64,000 bases of DNA from an uncultured Gemmatimonadales bacterium (GCA_963779755.1 CAVZZO010000003.1:1472001-1536000); one strand, 5' to 3'. Shown: positions 30,492 to 41,329, counted from the stretch's first letter. Numbers and translations: made by a program. The notes: a model not told the origin generated them from the letters alone.

Positions 30492-31865
30492 GGTGCCGTC
30501 CCGATTCGTGTAGAAAATTGAAATGGCGTATGCTTCCGGGATGATCGAACCCCGATCCGCCGAAGTGCGGATCTAACCCGGAGGCATACGCCATGAGAGA
30601 AGTTACGGCCACGGAGCAGGGGTGGGAAGCACTGGTCGGGGCGGACCCGCTTACGGCGGCCCTGCGCCGCGAAGCGCGGCGCTGGATTGAGCGCATGTTG
30701 CACGAGGAATTGGCGGCCGTCTTGGGCAGCGGCCGGCATGAGCGGACCGCCGCCCGGCAGGGATACCGGCACGGCACCCGGCGGCGGCGGGTGACGACCA
30801 GCCTGGGCCCCGTGGATCTCGCCATCCCGCGAGGGCGGGTGCAGGCGGGCGCCGAGCTGCGGGAATGGCAGAGCGGGCTGCTCCCGCGGTACGCGCGCCG
30901 AGCCCGGGCGGTGGATGCGGCGCTGATCGGCTTCTACTGCGGGGGCGGTAATCAGCGGCGGCTCGCCCGGGCGCTCCGCTCGCTGCTGGCCGACGGTCCC
31001 GCCTCGCGGAGCACGGTCTCGCGCGTCGTGCGGGGCCTGCGGCAGGGCTACGAGGCGTGGCGCGACCGCCCCCTGGGAGCGTTAGGGGTGCAGTATCTCT
31101 ATCTGGATGCGATTCACCTCCACGTGCGGGTGCTCAAGCGGGTCGAGCCGCTCCCGGTCCAGGTGGCGGTCGGGGTGCGGCCCGACGGGCAGAAGGTGCT
31201 GCTGGATCTCCGGCTCTACGTCGCGGAGAGCGCCGCGGCCTGGGGCGACTTCGTGCGCGGTCTGGTGGAGCGCGGCCTGGTCGCGCCGGCGCTGGTGATC
31301 ACCGACGGCAGCAAGGGTCTGCGCCGGGCGCTGAGCGAGATCTGGCCGCAGGCTGCGGTGCAGCGCTGCACGGTGCATAAGCTGCGCAACCTGGCGGCCC
31401 ACTGCCCGCAGCGGCTCTATCCGGCCGGCAAGCGCGACTACCACGCCATCGTGTATGCCGCCGATGCGGAGGCGGCGCGGCGGGCCTGGGGGCGGTTTAC
31501 CCGCCGCTGGGGCCGGGAGCTGCCGGGGGTGGTGGCGAGCCTGGAGGAGGCGGGCGAGGAGCTGCTCACGTTCTATCGCCTGCCGAAGGCGCAGTGGAAG
31601 AGCCTGCGCACGACGAATATCGTCGAGCGCGTGCTGGAGGAGGTGCGACGGCGAGTCAAAACGCAGGGATCGCTGCCCAGCACCGAGGCCGTCCTGGTGC
31701 TCGGCTACGGTCTGATCGCGACGGGGCAACTGCCCTTGCGGCGGATTGCCGGCTGGCGAACCTTGCCCCGTGTCAGTAACCGTCAAGCGGCTGCATGAGC
31801 GCCTGACACGCTTGGAGGCCCGGAGACAGCGCCCATTGATTTTCTACACAACTCGGGACACGACC
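30492..31865 (+). mobile_element. IS256-family element with 9-bp TSD GGTTCTTAG
   Basis: TSD at 30483-30491 and 31866-31874; IRs GGT..GTCCCGA..GTGTAGAAAAT. Confidence 0.93.
30593..31798 (+). CDS. IS256 transposase
   Basis: YLYLDA, ITDGSKGL, QRCTVHKLRN, RTTNIVER. Confidence 0.93.
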   Translation: MREVTATEQGWEALVGADPLTAALRREARRWIERMLHEELAAVLGSGRHERTAARQGYRHGTRRRRVTTSLGPVDLAIPRGRVQAGAELREWQSGLLPRYARRARAVDAALIGFYCGGGNQRRLARALRSLLADGPASRSTVSRVVRGLRQGYEAWRDRPLGALGVQYLYLDAIHLHVRVLKRVEPLPVQVAVGVRPDGQKVLLDLRLYVAESAAAWGDFVRGLVERGLVAPALVITDGSKGLRRALSEIWPQAAVQRCTVHKLRNLAAHCPQRLYPAGKRDYHAIVYAADAEAARRAWGRFTRRWGRELPGVVASLEEAGEELLTFYRLPKAQWKSLRTTNIVERVLEEVRRRVKTQGSLPSTEAVLVLGYGLIATGQLPLRRIAGWRTLPRVSNRQAAA

Positions 31866-32225
31866 GGTTCTTAGTATCGACAACGATATAGCCCCGGGAC
31901 TGCGCCGGGTCGGACGAACTGGAGAAGCCCCGGCCGTCACCCTTTAGCCCCGGAAAGACGGTCTTGGACTGGATGAAGAAGGAGAAACAGAGTGTGTTCG
32001 GCTGGTTCTTATCTGGGCACAGCCCGAACGGGTCGCTGAACGCAACCGGATTCCCCCCCGCATACGCATACAGATTGACCCCGCCGGCGAGCCCGAGGGG
32101 ATCCTGGGTGAGGAACCGTCCCGTCCTGGGATCATACCAATCCGCCGATTACCCAGATTACACCGATTCACGAGTCGGGAAGACCTGGGGAGGCGGATCT
32201 GAGTAATCGGCGCAATCTGCGGATT

Positions 32226-32423
32226 CATCCCGCTACCCGGCCGACTTTGTCTGCTTCCATTGTGGAACTCAAGGCGTTGGCAGCGCTGACGGGCGTCGAG
32301 ACGGCCCAGGTTCTCAACTATCTCAAGGCCAGCGGCCTGAGTCGTGGGTTGTTGATCAACTTCGGGGGCCCGAATCTGCAGTACCGCCGCTTCGTCCTGA
32401 CCCCGAAAGGCTCCTCGGCGTAA
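32226..32423 (+). pseudogene. GxxExxY 3' fragment (small deletion)
   Basis: begins after repeat arm; [14 protein letters not shown]. Confidence 0.78.
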
Positions 32424-32561
32424 TCGGTGCAATCTGCGGATTGGTGAGGAACCGTCCCGTCTTCGGATCATACCAATCCGCCGATTACCCAGATTACACC
32501 GATTCACGAGTCGGGAAGACCTGGGGAGGCGGATCTGAGTAATCGGCGCAATCTGCGGATT

Positions 32562-32767
32562 CATCCCGCTACCGGGCGGACTTTGTCTGTTATGATCGGG
32601 TCATCGTGGAACTCAAGGCCCTGAGCGCACTCACCGACGCCGAAACCGCCCAGGTCCTGAACTATCTCAAGGCCAGCGGCCTGAGTCGTGGGTTGTTGAT
32701 CAACTTCGGGGGCCCGAGTCTGCAGTACCGCCGCTTCGTCCTGACCCCGAAAGGCTCCTCGGCGTAA
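32562..32767 (+). pseudogene. GxxExxY 3' fragment
   Basis: same break point as the 20763/21108 copies. Confidence 0.8.
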
Positions 32768-32958
32768 TCGGTGCAATCTGCGGATTGGTGAGGAACCGTC
32801 CCGTCCTGGGATCATACCAATCCGCCGATTACCCAGTTTACACCGATTCCATGTAAGAGGAAGGGCAATCGGTCGAATCTGCGTCATCGGCGGATTCCGA
32901 ACCACGCCGGCGTTACAATGGTGACGCGGGTGAAGCGGCGGGCGGGTAGCATGGCGGG

Positions 32959-33381
32959 ATGCCGGCCCCCGCCTTGCCCCACGACCCCGACACTTACGCC
33001 ATCATTGGCGCGGCCATGGAGGTCCATCGTGCCCTGGGCCCCGGCTATCTGGAGGCGGCCTATCGGGAGGCCCTGGCTTTCGCCTTCGCCAGTCGGCGGA
33101 TTCCGTTCGCCAGCGAAGTACCCTTCCGGCTCTTCTTCAACGGCCGCCCGCTCATCACTCGTTACCGGGCCGACTTTGTCTGCTTCGACCAGGTCGTTGT
33201 GGAACTCAAGGCGTTGGCCGCCCTGACGGGCGTCGAGACGGCCCAGATCCTCAACTATCTCAAGGCCAGCGGATTGACCCGGGGACTCCTCCTGAATTTT
33301 GGGGGTCCCAGCCTTCAGTACCGGCGCTTCGTCTGGAGCCAGGTGCTGTCTCCCGAACCATCGGCGCCATCGGCGGATTGA
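32959..33381 (+). CDS. GxxExxY protein, copy 3
   Basis: GPGYLEAAY, ELK motifs. Confidence 0.9.
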   Translation: MPAPALPHDPDTYAIIGAAMEVHRALGPGYLEAAYREALAFAFASRRIPFASEVPFRLFFNGRPLITRYRADFVCFDQVVVELKALAALTGVETAQILNYLKASGLTRGLLLNFGGPSLQYRRFVWSQVLSPEPSAPSAD

Positions 33382-33656
33382 TGTTGGGTCAGCAAAGACC
33401 CGGTTGCGATCCGTCGTACCGCTGCCCGCCGCTAACTTGCTGCTGTTGTTTTTCTTAGTCGCCCCGCGTCAGCCGTCTGCATCATAACTTACGCGTTTTG
33501 GCCCTAGACGCGAGTTTCGAGATCGACTCACCCGGGCCCGAGGGCCGGCGGCCAGGCGCGGCCTCAACGGAGGGATGCCGGAGTCTCCCGGGTCCTGCTA
33601 TCGTTCGGGGGTCTGTTGGCCGCCGTCACTATGGATCCGCCCTCGGACAGGCCGGT

Positions 33657-33917
33657 ATGCCGCGCATCAGCCAGTTCTTTGGAGTCACGATTGTGATGTA
33701 CTTCAACGATCACGCGCCACCACATTTTCATGCCCGGTATGGCGAGCATGAGTCCGCTATCGCGATTGACACGCTGGGCCCCATCTGGGGGGACCTACCG
33801 CCCAGGGCGTTGGCACTGGTTCTGGAGTGGGCGGTGGGGCACCGAGCGGAATTGCTGGCCGACTGGGAGCGCGCCCGCGAAGGGCGGCCGCTCCTGCCGA
33901 TTGCACCCCTGACTTGA
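33657..33917 (+). CDS. DUF4160 protein, copy 2
   Basis: as 18391. Confidence 0.88.
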   Translation: MPRISQFFGVTIVMYFNDHAPPHFHARYGEHESAIAIDTLGPIWGDLPPRALALVLEWAVGHRAELLADWERAREGRPLLPIAPLT

Positions 33918-33933
33918 GCAAAGGGAGGTAGGT

Positions 33934-34215
33934 ATGTCGACTCGCGTTCGGCTCCGCGCGGTTCAGCCTCTCGAAGGCACTACCGTGCAGCTTGAATTGA
34001 CCACGGGTGAAGAGCGCCGCATCGATCTGGCGCCCTTCCTTCGGGGTCCCGTGTTTGCGGCGATCCGTGAGTCAGCGGAACTGTTCCGACAGATCTCCGT
34101 GGACCCGGAGCTCGGCACCGTCGTCTGGCCCAACGGTGCCGACATCGATCCGGACGTACTGATCGGGGGGTTCCGTCCCGCTTGGCAGGACGAACCGGCC
34201 CCGACCTCCAGATAG
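33934..34215 (+). CDS. DUF2442 protein, copy 2
   Basis: as 18668. Confidence 0.88.
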   Translation: MSTRVRLRAVQPLEGTTVQLELTTGEERRIDLAPFLRGPVFAAIRESAELFRQISVDPELGTVVWPNGADIDPDVLIGGFRPAWQDEPAPTSR

Positions 34216-34225
34216 TCCAAGGTCC

Positions 34226-34468
34226 CCCGGCGCTGCCGGGGGCCATGCTCGCGGAGTTGGCGCAAGCGCTGAAAGTCTCCGCCGCGTTCGCCACTCGGGG
34301 GATTCCGTTCGCCAGCGAAGTGCCTTTCCGGCTCCTCTTCAACGGCCGCCCGCTCACCACCCGTTACCGGGCCGACTTTGTCTGCTTTGGCCAGGTCATT
34401 GTGGAACTCAAGGCGTTGGCCGCCCTGACGGACGTCGAGACGGCTCAGGTCCTCAACTATCTCAAGGC
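34226..34468 (+). pseudogene. XRE::GxxExxY chimeric fragment, truncated at LNYLKA
   Basis: as 18960 but 3' end lost. Confidence 0.65.
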
Positions 34469-34662
34469 ATTTTCGAGGCCGACTCGCGCCCGAGCGTCGG
34501 CAGCCGGGCTCACTTGTAGTCCTGGTTCTAGGAGCGTCTGTTCTCTCAGCCTCCAAACGGAAGCGATCACTGCGAGGCAGTGGCAGGCTTCAAGCCCCTC
34601 AGGAAGGAATCCTGCACGGCGACTTTGGCGCGAATCGCTTGAAGGCTCGCATCCGGCTGAAA

Positions 34663-34911
34663 TCACTCCCGCCTCTTGACTGCGACCAGCGCGGATCCGC
34701 CATCCATTTCCCGCATTTCGCACAGCACGAGGCTGCCGGGAGGAAACTCCCAGGCTTCGTCCTCTTGGTCATAGTCAGGCGGAGCCTCGAGCCGGTACAC
34801 GGCATCGCCGACATGCCGTGCCGGCGAGGGCCTGAACACTACCGTACCCTCGTCGAGGAGACGCACAAAAACCACTGTACGGTTAGTACTTGAATCCGTC
34901 TCCACCAACAT
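34663..34911 (-). CDS. putative immunity protein for Rhs3
   Basis: overlaps toxin stop; LLDEGT..RP..YDQEDEAWEFPPG. Confidence 0.7.
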   Translation of the reverse strand: MLVETDSSTNRTVVFVRLLDEGTVVFRPSPARHVGDAVYRLEAPPDYDQEDEAWEFPPGSLVLCEMREMDGGSALVAVKRRE

Positions 34912-37900
34912 GAATTACCTCCCGCGTCGCATCGTCTACAACGACAGACCGTCCGGTACTCGGATGAACATACCTCGTTGCTGCGTTGCCCTTATTCACT
35001 AGGTTCTCTGCAGCGACGCGCTCGCCCGTCTTAATGGCTTCTGTAATCTGCTCCGCAGTCCATCCTCTCCGTTCCATCTGGGCGGCCCATCTGGTTGCCG
35101 ATTTGTTGGCCCCAAGCTTCCAAGCAGCGGCCTCTTCCCCGCCGGGAAATGCACTGACCGTAGCAAGAGCTTGCGCGGCGATTCGCTCGCCACTCCCCAC
35201 GTTCCTACCTGGTGATTGTATATCAACCCCAGTGACGGCTTTCGGGGAAATTGGTGATAGGGCCTCAACAATGCCGCCAAACACTCTCCCCATGGTGGTC
35301 AGTTGTTTGCCTACCCACGCTCGGGCTGCGGCTATCCAATCTGGGCCGCAAGGGGGATCCTTACACAGCCCAAACGGATCACGAAACGCGACCGGATTCC
35401 CCCCCGCGTAGGCGTAGAGATTCACCCCGCCCGCCAGCCCGATGGGATCCTGGGTGAGGAACCGTCCCGTCCTGGGATCATACCACCGGTTCCGGAAGTA
35501 GGTGAACCCGCCCGTCTGGTTCGGGGTGCTCCCACCGGTGAAGCCGGTCTCGGTGTTGGTGGCCCCCGCGGAAACATTCCCGACATCGAAGCCGCCGAAG
35601 GGATCCCGCCCAAAGTAGGTGGCGGAGTTCTCCTTGTTTCCATCCGGCTTGATGGCCGCCAGGGTCGTGCCCTGCCGGTCCCCCACCAGAGCCAGATTCA
35701 GCGTGCCGCTGGGGCCGCCGCTGAACCGGCCGGCCAGGACCTGGTCCACCCCGCCGGTCAGGTAGCGCTGGCGGATGTTCCAGGAGCCGCCGGTCTTGAC
35801 CACGGTCAGGGCCACGTTGGCCCCGTCATACAGATAGAATGACGTGCTGCCGCCCGCCGTCAAGGGCTCGGGCAGGGGATTGTACCCCACCTGGCTCTTG
35901 ACCTGGGAGATCACCCGCTGGCCGTTGGCGTCGTACCAGTGCCAGTTGAAGTCCCAGTTGCCTGCCGCCGAGGTGGGCGTCATGGAGAAATAGAGCTGGT
36001 TGGCGGCGGTGTAGGCCATCTCCGAGCGCTCGACTACCGTTGGAATGGAGTCGGTGGACCCCAGCCGGTTGCCGGCCTGATCGGTCCAGTAATTCTCCCC
36101 GCTGGAGCAGCCGGGGAAGGTGTGCTTCGCCGTGATCCGGTTGTCGAAGCTGTAGCTGTAAGGCCGGATACCCTGGCAGCTCACCCCACTCTCGGTGGTG
36201 CCGAAGTTGTCGCTGAGCCGGTTGCCGAAGACATCGTAGGTGTAGATATGCGTCTTCGTGATGGTGCTGGCCCGGCTGGAGGAGAGCAGCCGGCGGGTGC
36301 CGTTGGTGGCATAGCCGTAATCATATGTGAGGGACGGGAAACCCGGCTCGGTGGCGGTGTAGTGGGTGAGCTCGTCAATCAGGCTGTAGACCGGGCTGCC
36401 GAACTGATACCAGATGGGCCCGCCCGGCTTGCTCACCAGGGAACGAGTCAGAATGCTGGTGACCCGGCTATCCGGCCCGTAGGTGGTGGCGGTATAGATC
36501 GAGTCGGTCCCGGGAGTGGCGCCGGCGTAGAGACGGATGGAGCGGTTGGTCTCGCGACCCGCTCGATCATACTTCCATACGATCCGGGCGATCCGGAGGG
36601 TGTTGGCGCCTGAGTCGACCTCGGCGATCATGGAATCCAGCCGTGCGGTGACCGAACCCCAGTAATAGTGGGTGCGCCCAGTGGATTCGGCCAACGTGGC
36701 GCCGTTCGGCACGACATGGTCCGTCGCCAGGGTGCGCTGGCCGCGCCGGTTGTACTGGTAGTCCCGGCTGAGGGTGACCTGGTTGGGAAACACCACGGTG
36801 TCGCCCGTCAGCATGTTGCTGGGTGTGTAGCTCCAGTAGTGGAAATTGGTATAGGCCCCCAGATAGGTATCGTAACTGGACGAGCTGATCGGCCGGCCCT
36901 TGTGGTCATAATAGCGGTTGTGGTACCCGCCGGCCGCCAGCTGCTTGCCGGTGGCCATCGCCCAGCCGTTGTAGGTGTTCAGGGTGGCCGTGTCGGCAAA
37001 CCGCTCTCCGTCCACGGCATAGCCGGGAATTACCGATGGCTGGTATTCCTGACTGAGATTCCCCATCCAGTCGTACAGCCGCCAGACGAACGTCCCGTTC
37101 CCGCCATAGACGATGGCCGGCTGGTCGTTCGGGGCATAGGTAAACGCCTGCTTCCGCGCCTGCTTCCCCGTCCGGGTACCCGGCGTAATGAGGGAATCCA
37201 CCCGGCCCATGGCATCGTAAAAATACCGGGTGGCCTGCAGGGCCGGCGTCCCGAAGGGCGTGGTCAAATCCGCAGCAGACGACGCGTAGACGTCCCGCTC
37301 GGTGACCAGTCCGCCCGGGCCATAGAGCGTTCGCATGGTCGGGGCGAGCGAGTCGGTCCCCGTCTTGGTATGGGTTACCCGGCCCGGATAGTCGTAGAGC
37401 AGTCGTGTTCTGGTCCCCACCGGATCGATGATCGAGTCGGGCCGCCCGAAGACGTTGTAGTAGAAATGGGTCGCCGCCCCGTCCGCCACGCGCGTCTGCG
37501 TGGCGTTGTTCCAGGTCGCACTGTAGTAGGTGAAGGTGTAGGCGTTCCCAACGGGATCGGTGACCTTGAACGGCCGGGTGCCCGCCGGGTGGCCCGGAGT
37601 CATGGCGAAGTAGGTGAACGTGGTCGTGTCCGCCGCCGGGCCAATGATCGTGCTCGGCTCGCAGCGGGCCACCCCGCTCGTCCCGTAGCGGGTGACGGTG
37701 GTGTCCGCCGCGCCCATGACCCCCCGCACCTTCAGCAGCCGCGAGCACCAGGTCTGGCCTGAGGTCAGGGACAGCGAGTCATAGACGAACGTGACGGTAT
37801 CGAGCTGGATCTGCGCCGTGGCGGGATATTTCAGCGTGTTTCGTATGAGCGTATCCACCCGCCCCAGCGCATCGTAGTGGTACATCACCGAATCGGCGTC

Positions 37901-39020
37901 GCTGGGAAAGTCGCGCCCGTGGACGATCCGCAGGACGCGGCCCACGCTGTCGCGGACGATGTGGCGATAGTCGTCGGCGGCAGAACTGGGCACATAGAAC
38001 CCGCCGGCCACCGCGCCGTTGGAGATGCGGCGGACCATGGTGGGCCCGCCGTAGGGATCGACGGTGTAGTCCGTGGCCAGATTACTGAAGTCGACGGCGG
38101 TCCCGCGCAGCTGACTGAGATAGATGAGCCGTTCCTGTAGTTCACCGGTATGCCGGCCGTATCCAATCCGGGGCACGGCGCGGCGGTATTGGGACCGGAA
38201 CCGGGCCATGCCGCCGATGGCCGAGCCGCGGGTCATTGACTCCGGCGTCCACGTCACCGTGTCATAGGTAATGTTCGCGATGATTGGATGAGCCGTCGTG
38301 CTCCGCGGATCCGTGATCGAGGTGAGAAAGGCCCCGTGACTCAGGTCGGCGTGATAGCCGAATTTGGTCGTGTCACCGGCAGAGGCACTCGTGAAGGTGA
38401 CCATCTCGGTCAGCCGGCCGGAGGTGTAGTACAGCTGGGCCATGAGTTTACTGGATCCGCCATTCGGGTGCGCGGAAATCTGGGACACCTGAGCGCCGCT
38501 CCCATAGGCGAACTCGAACTGCCCACCCGTCGTATCGTGGATCGATGTGATTCTGCGGGAGGTCCCGGTCAGGTAATTGTAGCGGGTCCGGTTCCCGATG
38601 ATGTCCGCGGCCCAGACGATCATGCCGTCCGCGCGATAGCCCCGGCTGGTGCCATCGGGGAGATAGATCTGATAGACCGACCCGGCCAGGGCACTGAAAA
38701 CGAGCCGCACAGACTGGCCTGCCGGAGCGTGCCAGACGCTCCCCACCTTGTGAAAGAGCCAGTAGCTGCCATCACCGGAAAGCCACATGGCCACGCTGTC
38801 TCCTGCGGTGTTCCGGGTGAACCGCAGCTCGCTCAGTTCGGCCAATTGCCAGCCCTGGCCGAAGTTGGTGGTGGTGGTATCCATCAGCGTAAGCTGCACC
38901 AACTCCTGCGTGAGGACGGTATCCTGCATTGCACCCGGGTAGAACCCCCGCACCCGCAGGGTGGCCGTGCGGAGGCTGTCCCCCGTCGCCGGCGCCGGGA
39001 CCTCCCCGCCCAGGACCGTC
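34883..39020 (-). CDS. Rhs/YD-repeat protein 3, 5'-truncated, colicin E5-like RNase tip
   Basis: YD repeats; [42 protein letters not shown]; no signal peptide. Confidence 0.85.
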
Positions 39021-39262
39021 GTTCTGGTCATAGACCTCTTCCAGGGCGCATCCACCCAGGATCGGCGTCACATGATTCCGGGCCACGATGCTATCCGCCG
39101 CCGATATGTCGTAGGTATCCCAGTCCCCGACGAAGAAATCGAACTGGTGGTATTCCGTGGCGGCGCACGGCGGGGGCGGCGCTGCCGGGACGCGGGCCAC
39201 CACCGCACCGGCGCCCAGCGCCAGCACCGCCGGGGCGATCAATCCCCTGGGAAACATCTCAA
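39016..39262 (-). pseudogene. secreted protein (EYHQFDFFVGDW family), 3'-truncated against Rhs3
   Basis: signal peptide, PPC..EYHQFDFFVGDW..GGCALEE then loss of frame. Confidence 0.6.
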
Positions 39263-39627
39263 TGCCTCCCATCGGGAGGCCGGGTGACCTGCGCGGAGAC
39301 GCAACGCCACTCCCCGTTCGCCAGCACATAGACGTCGACATAGCGGCTGAGGCCGCGGGTGCCGTCCCTGGCCACCCAGCGGCCGGTCGCCCGCACCAGT
39401 CCCACGTTGCTATAACATCGCACGTCCACCTCCTCCAGCCGGTAGAGCACCAGATCGGAACCCGCGGACGTGTGCCGCAGAAAGGCGGCCTTGTCGAGCA
39501 CCGTTCCGTCGGACTCGATGCAGACGAAGTCGTCGGCCAGCCGCTGGCTGTACCAGCGGACGTCGCCCGCCAGTGAAGCGCGCACGTATTCCTCGTTCAG
39601 CTCCAACAGACACTCGCGATCGGACAC
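39259..39627 (-). CDS. NTF2/DUF4440 protein
   Basis: LADDFVCIESDG..RYVDVYV..WRCVSAQ. Confidence 0.82.
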   Translation of the reverse strand: MSDRECLLELNEEYVRASLAGDVRWYSQRLADDFVCIESDGTVLDKAAFLRHTSAGSDLVLYRLEEVDVRCYSNVGLVRATGRWVARDGTRGLSRYVDVYVLANGEWRCVSAQVTRPPDGRH

Positions 39628-39796
39628 GCAGCCTCGGCCGCCGGGGAAGCGGGAGTGTATCGCGTCCGCAGTGGCGCTGCTCGCCGGTTTGGGACCTCGA
39701 ATCGTCCGCCGATTCCAGGTCCGGAAGCAGCGCGCCGGGTGAGCGGCCGATCGCTACGGTCGTTGCGGTGCGTGCCACACACCACAGGAGGACAGC

Positions 39797-40982
39797 ATGA
39801 GGCACATCACCTGCAGCGCGATTCTGGCCGCCGCCGTGCTGGGCTGCGGCCGGGAGGCGTCGGTCACCAGGCCGAACGACCAGAGTTCCCGGGTTCCCAC
39901 GGTCTCACAGTACGACATCCACGCGATCCCGGCGACGCTGGGCGGGACGAGCAATCGGGCCAACAGTATCAGCCAGCGCGACTGGCTCGCGGGCTTCGCT
40001 CTGCTGCCGGATAACCAGACCCGGCACGCGGCCCTGTGGCGCGAGGGACTGATCCAGGACCTGAAGACGCTGGGCGGCCCTAACAGCAGCGTCGTCTGGC
40101 CTGGCCAGAATCATCAGGGGACCGTCGTCGGGATTTCCGAAACCGCTGAAACGGGCACGCTGGGCGAAGAATGGAGCTGCAGTGCCTTCTTCTCCTCGGT
40201 GACCAATCATATCTGCCTCGGCTTCGTCTGGAAGGATGGCGTGATGACCGGCCTGCCGACCCTGGGCGGCGAGAACGGCTACGCCGCCGGGGTGAACGAC
40301 CGCAACGAGGTGGTGGGCTGGGCGGAGACGCCGGTGCACGACCCGACCTGCAATCCGCCCCAGGTGCTCCAGTTCCGCGCCGTGCTGTGGGATGCGTCCG
40401 GCAGCGCGCACGAACTGCGCCCCCTGCCCGGCGATTCCACCTCCGCCGCTACCGCCATCAATAACCGGGGCCAGGTGGTGGGGATCTCCGGCGATTGCGA
40501 CGTCGCCGTGGGCGAGTTCAGCGCCCGCCACGCCGTGCTCTGGAATCCAGGGAGAGCCGATCGACATCGGCAACCTGGGCGGCGTGGCCTGGAACACGCC
40601 GACCGCGATCAACGAGGCGGGCGACGTGGTCGGTTTCTCCGATCCGCCGGGCGACGAGGACGGCAGCTTCATCGCCCACGCGTTTCTCTGGACCCGCGCG
40701 GGCGGCATCCAGGACCTGGGCACGCTTCCCGGCGACGAGATCAGCGAGGCCCTTGGCATCAATGCCCAACGGCAGGTGGTAGGCGTCTCCTGCGGCGCCA
40801 TTTGCCGCGCCTTCATCTGGCAGAACGGGGTGATGCAGAACCTGAACGACATCGTGCCCGGCGGATCGGACCTGCTGGTCTCCGCTCGGGACATCAATGA
40901 CGCCGGGGAGATCACGGGCGACGTCGCGACCAGCAACGGGACTCTGCCCTACATCGCTACTCCCGTGGCTCCTCAGCCGTAG
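39797..40982 (+). pseudogene. HAF-repeat extracellular lipoprotein, frameshift near 40545
   Basis: VLGC lipobox; AINNRGQVVG/HAFLW repeats split across two frames (may be a read error). Confidence 0.75.
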
Positions 40983-41159
40983 GGAGGGTTGGTCAGGCGG
41001 GTGGCCGGTACTCACGCCTCGAGGCTGCGGCCCAGTCTCGACGACCATCCGCCCTGACCACCCCATTCCGCCTTGCGACCGCGACACTGATGCCGGGTGA
41101 TGCATCATGGCGACCGCGGGTTCTCGATTCGCAACACCGAGCGGCTGGCGATAAGCCGG

Positions 41160-41310
41160 GATCGAACCCTCGCAAGGGGGCTACGTCAGTACAGTCAGCA
41201 CCAGCGGCAGCGTTCAGCACTTGGCTATCTCAGCCCGACCGCCTTCGAGGTGCGGCTCTTCAAACCGCCTCGCTCTAACCCCAGATGTCCACGAGATCAG
41301 GTCAGGACCA
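41160..41310 (+). mobile_element. IS3-family 3' remnant with right end
   Basis: SALGYLSPTAFE; ends tgtccacgagatcaggtcaggacca. Confidence 0.6.
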
Positions 41311-41329
41311 ATCGATCCTCGGTCATAGG

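Larger units (their letters stand above)
30121..32139 (-). pseudogene. orphan Rhs tip interrupted by IS256
   Basis: removing the IS and one TSD restores DPFGLCPDK..GDGRGFSS..VVDTKNQREI..HYPSLEAY in frame. Confidence 0.8.
32787..34467 (+). repeat. about 1.7-kb direct duplicate of 17521-19201
   Basis: constant offset 15266 for GxxExxY, DUF4160 and DUF2442 ORFs; a few substitutions. Confidence 0.9.
16912..35485. repeat. dispersed 33-bp Rhs-core repeat ggtgaggaaccgtcccgtcctgggatcatacca, 11 copies
   Basis: starts at 16912, 17521, 19316, 20644, 20988, 21333, 22535, 32107, 32443, 32787, 35453 (last is inside the long Rhs ORF). Confidence 0.9.

Noticed and set aside
16912..33400. CRISPR array (repeat + 33-bp spacer look)
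   Set aside because: The 33-mers are near-identical, arms alternate in orientation, the period is 335-610 bp and there are no cas genes.
16912..35485. Diversity-generating retroelement TR/VR pair
   Set aside because: No reverse transcriptase; differences are not adenine-restricted.
13770..35485. Integron cassette array
   Set aside because: No tyrosine integrase in the window and no convincing attC sites.
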